Below, piece after piece: positions 1-8,374 of a stretch of 64,000 nt of DNA. The position numbers and the translations under genes are program-made. The notes under the pieces are model-generated. The model was not told where the DNA came from. It ran no database searches and saw only the letters and a list, made by a program, of their open reading frames with translations. Numbering within the stretch: the stretch's first letter is position 1; the number at the start of each line of letters is the position of its first letter. Source of the DNA: Chloroflexota bacterium (lineage in GTDB: Bacteria > Chloroflexota > Dehalococcoidia > GIF9 > UBA5629); contig VGOP01000006.1 of NCBI GenBank assembly GCA_016875875.1, forward strand, positions 6,203-70,202. The letters are read 5' to 3'.

Positions 1-972
1 CAAGATTGATGGTTTTATAAACCATTCTCCATCCTTTTTAGGATGCACGGCTTCGTCACCGATTCCTTCCGGAATGCTTTCTCGGCTCTCCCAACCCCAA
101 TATCCGCACCTGCCGTCATCTTCAAGGCACTCACATCCCTCATGTTTCTTAGCTCCGATTGCTCTGGCTACTATGATCAGGTCCTTGAGGTCCCGCCACT
201 CGCTCGCCGACAGTGGTGATTTGCCTTTTCCAGAGTTAGGCGATGGGGTAACGGAATCAACAGGTGCGCGTACTCTAGTAGTCCGCAAGGATAGCTCGAA
301 GGACCCATATTCCATCTGCTGTATGAGCTCATCGATTGTCACGTTCGGTTCTGCTTTGCTCAAGGTACACAAGCTTTTAAGAGCCCTACCACCCAGTTTC
401 CCAGATGCCACCAGAGATAACACGGTGTCCTGATGGCTTGGTGGAAAGCTTGAAATCATGAGAGCTTCGTGCGGCCCTATGTGGCCAGCCTCTAATTGAG
501 CACGCATGCTCACTGGAAGTAAAAGCAAGGCTAGCCTAGAGGAAATCGTACGTTGCGGAATCCCAGTTCGCCTTGACAGCTCTCTTTGTGACACCTCGTA
601 CTTGTCGATGTAAGTTTTGAAAGCCCGAGCCTGATCTAGAGGAGGAATATCCTCGCGCTGATAGTTTTCAGCTAACTGCATCTCAAGAGCTTTGCGATCA
701 TCGATATCTACTCTTACGATACAATCCACATACTGCAGGCCAGCTTCTATTGCAGCTCTCCAACGTCTCTCACCGACAACAATCAAATATTTACCGTTTT
801 TCAGAGACCTTACAACAATTGGACCTATCTGACCTGTTTCAGCAATGCTTCGTGCCAATTCTTTAATCATTTCTGTATCTATGTTCTTCCGAGGCTGGTT
901 TTTGTCGGGAACGATATCCGCCACATGCAATTTAACCAACTTACTATCCTGTGATTTAAATTCAATTTTCAA
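1..972 (-). CDS. ParB/Spo0J-family protein (partial, runs off left edge; not in ORF track)
   Basis: Manual translation from TTG at 972, behind AGGAGG: MKIEFKSQDSKLVKLHVADIVPDKNQPRK...IVVGERRWRAA...ENYQREDI...SQRELSRRTGIPQRTIS. Has the ParB CTP-binding motif and an HTH; no stop seen in the stretches translated. Confidence 0.88.
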   Translation of the reverse strand, partial: MKIEFKSQDSKLVKLHVADIVPDKNQPRKNIDTEMIKELARSIAETGQIGPIVVRSLKNGKYLIVVGERRWRAAIEAGLQYVDCIVRVDIDDRKALEMQLAENYQREDIPPLDQARAFKTYIDKYEVSQRELSRRTGIPQRTISSRLALLLLPVSMRAQLEAGHIGPHEALMISSFPPSHQDTVLSLVASGKLGGRALKSLCTLSKAEPNVTIDELIQQMEYGSFELSLRTTRVRAPVDSVTPSPNSGKGKSPLSASEWRDLKDLIIVARAIGAKKHEGCECLEDDGRCGYWGWESRESIPEGIGDEAVHPKKDGEWFIKPSIL

Positions 973-982
973 TTGGCACCTC

Positions 983-2002
983 CTATTTCGTTTTAATGTC
1001 TAGGTTGTCCACCGGCGAACACCTTTTGTGGACTTCGCTAACGTCCGATTGGGCAAGGTTTACGTATCCCCTGAGCACATCTAAACTGCTGTGACCTGTT
1101 ATCTGCTGGAGGCTAAAAATGTCGCCGCCGTTGCGGATCCAAAAAAGGCAAGCAGTATGCCTCAATGTATGTGGTGAACAACGAACACCAGTTATCCCAG
1201 CCTTTTTCCCGTAGTTCTTCATCCTCGATTCCACGCGATTTTTAGTCAAAGGCATGCCGTATCTAGTGAGAAATACACGATCATAAGAGGGTAAAGGTGG
1301 TTCCGGTCGATGTTTGTGAATGTATTTCCAAAGTAACTTCAGTACTTTAGTTCCGATGGGTACAATACGCTCTCTGCTTCCTTTTCCCATGACTTTGATG
1401 CATCTCCTGGTCATATCAATATCGCCTGGTCTAAGATTGGTGACCTCAGAAAGACGACACCCTGTATCTAATAAAAGGACGAGCAGTGTGTAGTCTCGGT
1501 AACCTTCGGATGTAGATACATCGATAGCGGCTAACAAATCCCAGATCTGCGCTTTCGTAAAACAGGGGATGACCTTCTTGGGAAACTTTGGAGCTTTTAA
1601 TCCGTGGAATGGCGATTGCTCCACAAGCTCATCCGACACCCAACGGTTCCAAGCAGCCCTCAACGCCCGATAATAACAATTTATCGTTTGTGGACTCAGC
1701 GGCTTCTCTTGATGTGGTGTAAATCGATGACCGACATATCGATGGCATCCTTTCAGGTACAAGATGAAACCTCTAATCTCATTAGGACCAACATATTTTG
1801 CATCTATTGAAAGTTTATTAGCCTCCAAATACGCCTTCAATTTCTTGAGTACAAGTACGGTCAAATCTATACTCTTGCTACTCCTAGATTCAGCGGCTCC
1901 ACAAAATATCTCGAACTGGATGAGACTATCGATCAAAGTGGCATTGGATCTCTGCCCATTCAGACTTCTATTGACATCTGGTTCTATTTTCATTATGCTC
2001 AA
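983..2002 (-). CDS. Tyrosine recombinase/integrase (XerC/D-like)
   Basis: Catalytic set GCRLSE, MGKG, HTLRH, GHS, RGY. Its TAG stop overlaps the parB Shine-Dalgarno (TAGGAGG). The start could be ATG 1993. Confidence 0.92.
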   Translation of the reverse strand: MSIMKIEPDVNRSLNGQRSNATLIDSLIQFEIFCGAAESRSSKSIDLTVLVLKKLKAYLEANKLSIDAKYVGPNEIRGFILYLKGCHRYVGHRFTPHQEKPLSPQTINCYYRALRAAWNRWVSDELVEQSPFHGLKAPKFPKKVIPCFTKAQIWDLLAAIDVSTSEGYRDYTLLVLLLDTGCRLSEVTNLRPGDIDMTRRCIKVMGKGSRERIVPIGTKVLKLLWKYIHKHRPEPPLPSYDRVFLTRYGMPLTKNRVESRMKNYGKKAGITGVRCSPHTLRHTACLFWIRNGGDIFSLQQITGHSSLDVLRGYVNLAQSDVSEVHKRCSPVDNLDIKTK

Positions 2003-2096
2003 AATAACTGGTAAATTTTCAAGACAACTCCATTATGGGCCAAAGGATACAATTAGCTGTCGACGTTAAGCAGCGCTTAAAAAGGGTAGCCAGGAG

Positions 2097-2948
2097 ATGC
2101 CAAAAATAACCCCCGACGAAAGATGGAGAAGGCACGTCTTAGAGCGATATACAGCCTTCGAGATGTCAGGTGAACTCATAGCTTTGCGTAACGAAGGACT
2201 CAAGATTCTGGGTCGAACATCTCTATATACTGGAGACGAATGGTTTCAAGATCGGCAAAAGAGGGATACATCGTCAGAGTACCCTAAATGGTGCGAAAAA
2301 TGCGAGATGGTAGGAGCTCGATTCGGTCTCGCCCCCTGGACGGTACAGATGGCATGCCTAATCAAAGAATATTCCCCCGATAATAATTTGTTTATGGTTG
2401 AGTCTAACTGGCCACGAATCCGTGTCGTAACCGAAAATACCAATGAGCTATTTCTGAGTTGGCTCTGTTATGAAGCACGAAATCTTGGTCTTTATGTAAT
2501 ACAAAAGCACGGATCTTCAGAGACAACTATGATTGTTATAGATCTTGCGCCTCCGCTAGAACCACTGACCGATTCGTCGAGGCCACCACGCGACGCCGCC
2601 TTCCATATGAGAGTGGAGACTCCTGCTGAATATCCCCCGGAAGCTGCCAGTGATCTGCAAAGGGCAGCCTCAAATCTGGGGCGAGAGCTATCTCGGCGCT
2701 TGGGTTACCAGTCTCCACGGAGATTGAGATCATCAGAACTGATAACTACAGCAAAACAGCTCAAAGCTGACAAAAGCAAGTTAACGGAAGCAGAGAGTAT
2801 CGAGGTCGTGGATAATCTTTATCCCAACCACGAAGAATCTGAAGAGCGAAAGCTGCTCAAACGTTGCAGATCACAAAAAAACCAGGTACGCCAGCGAATA
2901 GTAAAGCCGTATCAGCACAAAATCAAACCTAAAAATCCCCCCGCATAA
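2097..2948 (+). CDS. Hypothetical protein
   Basis: 283-aa ORF filling the gap between the two recombinases; no motif recognised. Confidence 0.7.
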   Translation: MPKITPDERWRRHVLERYTAFEMSGELIALRNEGLKILGRTSLYTGDEWFQDRQKRDTSSEYPKWCEKCEMVGARFGLAPWTVQMACLIKEYSPDNNLFMVESNWPRIRVVTENTNELFLSWLCYEARNLGLYVIQKHGSSETTMIVIDLAPPLEPLTDSSRPPRDAAFHMRVETPAEYPPEAASDLQRAASNLGRELSRRLGYQSPRRLRSSELITTAKQLKADKSKLTEAESIEVVDNLYPNHEESEERKLLKRCRSQKNQVRQRIVKPYQHKIKPKNPPA

Positions 2949-3032
2949 GCATTCGGGGAACGTCGCAAATATTAATAACGTTCTCTGGCTCACGACTTGC
3001 TGCCCAGCGATTGTCACTTGGTAGCCTGATGT

Positions 3033-4127
3033 TCAAGTTCTTACAGAAGCAGTGAAAATCTTTTTGCAAGTAACAACCCCGTTGCCTGAAGGAGAAATAT
3101 GAATGAGATTATCTACAGGACTTGCTGTGGCATGGGCATTCTGAACATCGACATCAGCGAGTTCACAGTAGCGTCGTGTCATCTCCAGGCTACTGTGCCC
3201 CAGAAGCCTCTGCAAGCTGAAGACGTCTCCCCCGTTCCTTAAGAAACTAATGGCAGCGGTATGACGAAAGGTATGCGGAGAACACCTCACTCCTAATATC
3301 TTTGCCTTTAATCCGTACTTCCTCATCCTGACCTCTACCCTGTTTTTACTCAAACGTCTGCCATCCGCCGTAAGAAACAAGAAATTCTCCCTGATCAGGG
3401 ATGGTTCCGGTCGTACGTGGTTAATATAACGCCAGAGTACGCGTTGCACCCCTTTCCCGAAAGGAACCATCCTCTCCTTGTTTCCCTTGCCCATGACTCT
3501 CATCATCCTCTCTTCCAGACAGATATCGCCTAGTCTCAGAGTGGTCAGTTCGCTCAGCCTTATGCCCGTATCCAGAAACATAAGCACCATAGCATAGTCG
3601 CGATACCCTTCTCGGGTATCGACGGCGATGGCTTTTAAAAACTCTTGGAGTTGTGCATCCGAAAATGACCGTATTATCTTTCGGGAAGCCTTGGGAATCT
3701 TAACCTTGGTGAACGGTGTCTCACAAACAACTGTTTCCTCTTTTAACCAGGACCAGAAAGCACGAACGGATCTGATATAGCAATTAATGCTGTCATCAGA
3801 CAGTCCGTTCTGGCATTGCCTCACAAAAGGATGGTTGCTATAGCGCCTCTTGCTCTGCAGATAAGTCACAAAGGTCCTCATCTCTTCAGCGCCGATATCT
3901 TCGACGGCGGTGGATTTTCGCTGTGATCGTAGAAACTGCTCCAGGTAGCTGACGCTGCTGGTCACCATGACAATGGTTTTATCGCTCTTGCCCTCTGCCC
4001 TGGCGCATAATCTATAACCTTCAATTAACTGTAAGATATCATGCCGCTCTTTTGCCAGATTTTTTAACGAAGCAGGAACCCCCCTTTGACGAAGCTGTTT
4101 TTTTGGTCTAAAATGAAGCTGTTTTTC
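3033..4127 (-). CDS. Tyrosine recombinase/integrase, start unresolved (frame stays open through the tRNA to 4247)
   Basis: GIRLSE, MGKG, HTFRH, GHS, RRY motifs; clearly paralogous to 983-2002. Confidence 0.88.
   Translation of the reverse strand, partial: EKQLHFRPKKQLRQRGVPASLKNLAKERHDILQLIEGYRLCARAEGKSDKTIVMVTSSVSYLEQFLRSQRKSTAVEDIGAEEMRTFVTYLQSKRRYSNHPFVRQCQNGLSDDSINCYIRSVRAFWSWLKEETVVCETPFTKVKIPKASRKIIRSFSDAQLQEFLKAIAVDTREGYRDYAMVLMFLDTGIRLSELTTLRLGDICLEERMMRVMGKGNKERMVPFGKGVQRVLWRYINHVRPEPSLIRENFLFLTADGRRLSKNRVEVRMRKYGLKAKILGVRCSPHTFRHTAAISFLRNGGDVFSLQRLLGHSSLEMTRRYCELADVDVQNAHATASPVDNLIHISPSGNGVVTCKKIFTASVRT
4086..4114 (+). promoter_or_regulatory. Sigma70 promoter for tRNA-Gly
   Basis: TTGACG (4086-4091), 17 bp, TAAAAT (4109-4114), 13 nt before the tRNA. 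Confidence 0.75.
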
Positions 4128-4202
4128 GCGGGAGTAACTCAGTGGTAGAGTTCCTGCCTTCCAAGCAGGCTGTCGCGGGTTCGAGTCCCGTCTCCCGCTC
4201 CA
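4128..4202 (+). tRNA. tRNA-Gly (TCC)
   Basis: Cloverleaf with GCGGGAG/CTCCCGC acceptor stem, anticodon arm CCTGC-CTTCCAA-GCAGG, GTTCGAGT T-loop and encoded CCA. Confidence 0.97.
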
Positions 4203-4240
4203 AACTGCCAGCCTCACAACGAAGTATGACCTTTTAGTTA

Positions 4241-4269
4241 TTGACAAAGCGGAGAGAATTCTCTATCAT
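4241..4269 (+). promoter_or_regulatory. Sigma70 promoter of the pan operon
   Basis: TTGACA (4241-4246), 17 bp, TATCAT (4264-4269), followed by TATAAT. Confidence 0.7.
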
Positions 4270-4276
4270 TATAATC

Positions 4277-4410
4277 GCCATTGACCATAGGGCAGTGAGC
4301 CTTTATTAAAACAAATAAAAAGGCCGCTTGGATCAGCGATGACCGAGACGGAAAATAGGGGTAGTGTTTATTGAGCCTTCTCGGCAATGCTGAGAAGGCT
4401 CTCTTTTTTA
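4277..4410 (+). ncRNA. Cis-regulatory leader, pan RNA motif-like, with intrinsic terminator
   Basis: Long stem with bulged As (4282-4335); CCGAGA (4343-4348) is complementary to the terminator 5' arm; terminator 4373-4401 plus T-run; lies upstream of pantothenate genes. Confidence 0.65.
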
Positions 4411-4415
4411 GGACG

Positions 4416-5381
4416 ATGTATAACGCTATAACCGATATTCAGGGAATAAAGGTAGGACATTACACCGATAAGGACGCAGCTACTGGCTGCACCGTGATTC
4501 TGTGTGAGGCAGGAGCTGTTGCTGGGGCTGATGTGCGAGGCTCGGCACCAGGAACCAGGGAAACTGATCTGTTGCGACCGATGAATCTGGTGGAAAAAGT
4601 TCACGCTATTCTCCTCAGCGGCGGTAGCGCTTTTGGGCTGGATGCTGCCGGTGGCGTGATGCGACATCTCGAGGAACGAGGCATCGGCTATGAAACTCTG
4701 GTAGCTAAGGTGCCTATTGTGCCCACAGCCATTATTTTCGATTTGAGCATTGGTAAACCTAACGTCAGGCCGGGAATTGAAGAGGGCTATAAGGCTTGCC
4801 TGGCTGCTACTGACAAAGAAGTAGCTGAAGGCTGTGTCGGTGTCGGCACTGGCGCCACAGTAGGCAAAGCTTTAGGTATAGAAAGGGCTACCAAGAGCGG
4901 CTTGGGCACAGCCAGCTGCAAAATAAGCGGCGACATAATTGTCGCTGCCCTGGTAGTAGTCAATGCCGTGGGCGATATCATCAATCACAAAACAGGAGAA
5001 ATCTTAGCTGGCCCTCGTAACGAAGTGAGTAATGGTTTCCTTAGCACCGTCGAACTGTTAACCGGGGGAGTTTATAGTTATAGAAGAGACCCTCTACCCA
5101 CCAATACCACCTTGGGTGTGGTGGCTACCAACGCTAACTTGAATAAGGAGCAGGTGAATAAACTGGCACAGATGGCACAGGACGGCATAGCCCGGGCTAT
5201 CAACCCCAGCCATACAATGCATGACGGCGATACCATGTTTGCTTTGTCTTTGGGTGACAAGATAAGCGATATCACCATTCTCGGCTCGGTGGCTGCCGAG
5301 GTGGTGTCTGAGGCCATAGTCCGGGCAGTACAGCAAGCAGAAACACTTGCCGGAATACCGGCAATTAAGGACGTGAAATGA
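4416..5381 (+). CDS. P1/S58 (DmpA-like) autoproteolytic hydrolase
   Basis: ITDIQGIKVGH, GSAPGTRET, LSGGSAFGL, NTTLGVVATN, DGDT motifs. ATG 4416 preferred because the longer start lies inside the terminator. Confidence 0.88.
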   Translation: MYNAITDIQGIKVGHYTDKDAATGCTVILCEAGAVAGADVRGSAPGTRETDLLRPMNLVEKVHAILLSGGSAFGLDAAGGVMRHLEERGIGYETLVAKVPIVPTAIIFDLSIGKPNVRPGIEEGYKACLAATDKEVAEGCVGVGTGATVGKALGIERATKSGLGTASCKISGDIIVAALVVVNAVGDIINHKTGEILAGPRNEVSNGFLSTVELLTGGVYSYRRDPLPTNTTLGVVATNANLNKEQVNKLAQMAQDGIARAINPSHTMHDGDTMFALSLGDKISDITILGSVAAEVVSEAIVRAVQQAETLAGIPAIKDVK

Positions 5382-6247
5382 GACCAAAGAATGCGCCGAC
5401 AATTGGTTTTATAGGTGCCGGGACAACAGGTACGGCACTGGCTGTAAGGCTGGCGCAGCAAGGATACCAGGTAATTGCCGTATCCAGTCGGAGCTTGACC
5501 TCAGCAGAAAAGCTGGCTGGAAGGATAAACGGCTGCCAGGCTTACAAAGCAGTCCAAGAGGTAGCCGATGTCGCTCAGCTTGTTTTCATTACCACCCCAG
5601 ACGACACCATTTCCAAGGTAGCTGCTGAGACCAAATGGCACAATGGACAAAGCGTGGTTCACTGCAGTGGCGCCCACTCCATTGACATTTTGGAACCAGC
5701 AAAACAGCTAGGAGCTAACGTAGGCTGTTTCCATCCCCTGCAGACTTTTGCCAGCGTTGACCAGGCAATAGAGAATATACCAGGTTCCACCTTCGCCATT
5801 GAAGCTGAAGAGCCACTATCGTCCACACTTAAGGAGATGGCTACCGTTTTAGAAGGAGATTGGGTAATCCTCAAGGCTGGTGATAAAGTGCTATACCATG
5901 CGGCAGCCGTCTTCGCCTGCAACTATCTGGTGACTCTGGTCAAACTAGCTACAGACTTATGGCAGACATTTGAGGTACCGTCAGCACAAGCAACCAAAGC
6001 CTTGATGCCTCTGCTACGGGGCACGTTAAGCAATATCGAAAACGTCGGCTTGCCAAACTGCCTCACCGGACCCATCGCCAGAGGCGACCTGGGCACTATA
6101 AGCAGACATCTAGAATCGTTAGAAAAACAAGCGCCATCACTGCTTAGCATCTACAAAGAGTTGGGGCTGCAGACCGTACCGATCGCACAGGCTAAAGGGA
6201 AAATAGATTCGAAAAGAGCAGAAGAGCTAAAAGCTTTACTGAGATAA
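5378..6247 (+). CDS. Rossmann-fold/DUF2520 oxidoreductase, probable PanG-type ketopantoate reductase
   Basis: IGAGxx[32 protein letters not shown]; located in the pan operon. Confidence 0.8.
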   Translation: MRPKNAPTIGFIGAGTTGTALAVRLAQQGYQVIAVSSRSLTSAEKLAGRINGCQAYKAVQEVADVAQLVFITTPDDTISKVAAETKWHNGQSVVHCSGAHSIDILEPAKQLGANVGCFHPLQTFASVDQAIENIPGSTFAIEAEEPLSSTLKEMATVLEGDWVILKAGDKVLYHAAAVFACNYLVTLVKLATDLWQTFEVPSAQATKALMPLLRGTLSNIENVGLPNCLTGPIARGDLGTISRHLESLEKQAPSLLSIYKELGLQTVPIAQAKGKIDSKRAEELKALLR

Positions 6248-6267
6248 AACAAAACGAGGAGACAAGA

Positions 6268-6660
6268 ATGAGAACAATGCTCAAAAGCAAAATCCATCGG
6301 GCTCGGGTTACACAATGCAACGTCGATTACGAGGGCAGCATCACCATCGACAAGGACTTGATAGAAGCAGCCGACTTGCTCCCCTACGAAAAAGTTGATG
6401 TATTGAACATCAACAACGGTGCCAGATTCCATACTTACGTAATTGAAGGGAAAAGAGGTTCGGGAGAAATCTGTCTTAACGGTGCTGCCGCCAGACTCGT
6501 GACTAAGGGCGATATTGTTATTATCCTGTCTTACCATGTGGTTACTGATGATGAAGCTGTCACAGCCACTCCGAGACTGGTATATATAAATTCAGAAAAT
6601 CGAATCGTTGACGCCAAAGGCACAAGAGACTGGACGAAAGATTTGTTATCAACGCTATAA
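6268..6660 (+). CDS. panD: Aspartate 1-decarboxylase
   Basis: [15 protein letters not shown] cleavage site, NGAAAR. Confidence 0.97.
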   Translation: MRTMLKSKIHRARVTQCNVDYEGSITIDKDLIEAADLLPYEKVDVLNINNGARFHTYVIEGKRGSGEICLNGAAARLVTKGDIVIILSYHVVTDDEAVTATPRLVYINSENRIVDAKGTRDWTKDLLSTL

Positions 6661-6692
6661 AGGAACAGACTGTTTTCTAGTGCCGAGGAGGA

Positions 6693-7532
6693 GTGAAAAT
6701 GCGAGTTAGTATTAACGAAATAAAGGAAATGAAATCAAAGAAAGAAAAGATAGTCATGCTCACCGCTTATGACTATTCCACCGCCAAACTGGTTGATGAG
6801 GCCAGCATACCATTGATTTTAGTCGGTGACAGTCTGGGCATGGTCATGCTGGGCTATGAATCAACCATTCCGGTAACAATGGACGAGATGATACACCACA
6901 CCAAAGCCGTGGCCAGAGGCACCAAGCAAGCTCTGGTCATAGGTGACATGCCGTTTATGACCTATCACACAAATACTGCCGATGCCCTGCGCAACGCAGC
7001 ACGATTCATTCAAGAGGGAGGAGCACAGGCGGTTAAACTGGAAGGTGGCGTGACTGTTGCCGAGACGGTAAAGCGAATTGTTGAATGCGGCATACCGGTC
7101 ATGGGACACATCGGGCTAACTCCACAATCTGTACATCAACTGGGAGGGCATAAAGTGCAGGGCAAAACTCCCGAAGCTGCCGAGCGGTTGCTTAAAGATG
7201 CTAGAGCACTGGAACAAGCTGGCGCCTTCGCCGTTGTCCTCGAACTTGTGCCAGCACCGCTATCCAAGCTAATTACGCAGAAAATAGGCATTCCCACTAT
7301 CGGCATCGGTGCCGGTCCTGACTGCGATGGCCAGGTGCAGGTAATCAGCGACATGCTTGGTCTGTTTTCCGACTTTGTGCCCAAGCATGCCAAGCAGTTT
7401 GCCCAGTTAGCCGGTTTTATCAAAACTGCCCTCGCTGATTATATGGCTGAAGTCAAAGCAGGTAAATTCCCTACCGCCGAACATAGCTCTACTATCGATG
7501 AGAGCCTGCTTGAAGAATTAGCACGCGCCTGA
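6693..7532 (+). CDS. panB: 3-methyl-2-oxobutanoate hydroxymethyltransferase
   Basis: MLTAYD, LVGDSLG, VKLEGG, GHIGLTPQ. Confidence 0.97.
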   Translation: MKMRVSINEIKEMKSKKEKIVMLTAYDYSTAKLVDEASIPLILVGDSLGMVMLGYESTIPVTMDEMIHHTKAVARGTKQALVIGDMPFMTYHTNTADALRNAARFIQEGGAQAVKLEGGVTVAETVKRIVECGIPVMGHIGLTPQSVHQLGGHKVQGKTPEAAERLLKDARALEQAGAFAVVLELVPAPLSKLITQKIGIPTIGIGAGPDCDGQVQVISDMLGLFSDFVPKHAKQFAQLAGFIKTALADYMAEVKAGKFPTAEHSSTIDESLLEELARA

Positions 7533-7538
7533 ACGGCC

Positions 7539-8372
7539 ATGCAAATAGCCAAAACCATCGCTGAGATGAAAGCCCTGAGGATGAAGAGCTTCGGCTCTGT
7601 AGGCTTCGTCCCCACCATGGGCTATCTTCACGAGGGACATCTGGCTTTAGTCAAGCAAGCTCGAGCTGAAAACTCAATCGTCGTAGCCAGCATTTTTGTC
7701 AATCCCACCCAATTCGGTCCCACCGAGGACTTCAAAGCTTATCCCCGCGACACAGAGCGCGACTTGGCTATGCTGAGGAAAGAGAGGGCAGACATCGTCT
7801 TCATGCCATCGGCTGAAGAGATGTATCCTGAATCGTTCAGCAGCTGGGTGGAGGTGGAAAAAATTACCGACCGACTTGAAGGCAGCTACCGTCCCGGGCA
7901 TTTCAAGGGGGTGGCTACTGTAGTTGCCAAGCTATTTAATATCGTCGAGCCTACACAAGCCTATTTTGGCCAGAAAGATGCCCAGCAGGCATTAGTTATC
8001 AAGAAGATGGTAGCCGACCTCAACATGAATCTGGAAGTAATCGTAGCACCAACTGTTCGGGAGAGCGATGGGCTGGCTATGAGCAGCCGTAACATTTACC
8101 TAAACCTGCAAGAGCGACAAGCGGCTACCGTCCTGTTTAAGGCTCTTACCCTGGCTCGAAACCTGTGGGAAGAAGGCGAGAGAAACGCTGAGACTATACG
8201 TCAACAGATGACTTCTCTCATCAGCAAAGAGCCACTGGCTAAAATCGAGTATGTCAGCATTGCCGATGCCCAGACTCTGGAAGAACTATCAAAAATAGAC
8301 GGACCGGCACTAGCTTCGCTGGCAGTTAGAGTCGGTAAGACCAGACTTATAGACAATATAGTGCTGGAATAA
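7539..8372 (+). CDS. panC: Pantoate-beta-alanine ligase
   Basis: VPTMGYLHEGH, RPGHF, FGQKDAQQ, GLAMSSRN, RLIDN. Confidence 0.97.
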   Translation: MQIAKTIAEMKALRMKSFGSVGFVPTMGYLHEGHLALVKQARAENSIVVASIFVNPTQFGPTEDFKAYPRDTERDLAMLRKERADIVFMPSAEEMYPESFSSWVEVEKITDRLEGSYRPGHFKGVATVVAKLFNIVEPTQAYFGQKDAQQALVIKKMVADLNMNLEVIVAPTVRESDGLAMSSRNIYLNLQERQAATVLFKALTLARNLWEEGERNAETIRQQMTSLISKEPLAKIEYVSIADAQTLEELSKIDGPALASLAVRVGKTRLIDNIVLE

Positions 8373-8374
8373 AA

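Larger units (their letters stand above)
1..4127. mobile_element. Right end of an integrative element abutting the 5' side of tRNA-Gly
   Basis: Two tyrosine recombinases, ParB and an orphan gene next to a tRNA; the other boundary is outside the window. Confidence 0.7.

Noticed and set aside
4128-4247. N-terminal 40 aa of the 404-aa ORF as a normal protein start
   Set aside because: WSGRRDSNPRQPAW is the antisense translation of the tRNA, and the TTG at 4247 overlaps the pan -35 box with no clear RBS.
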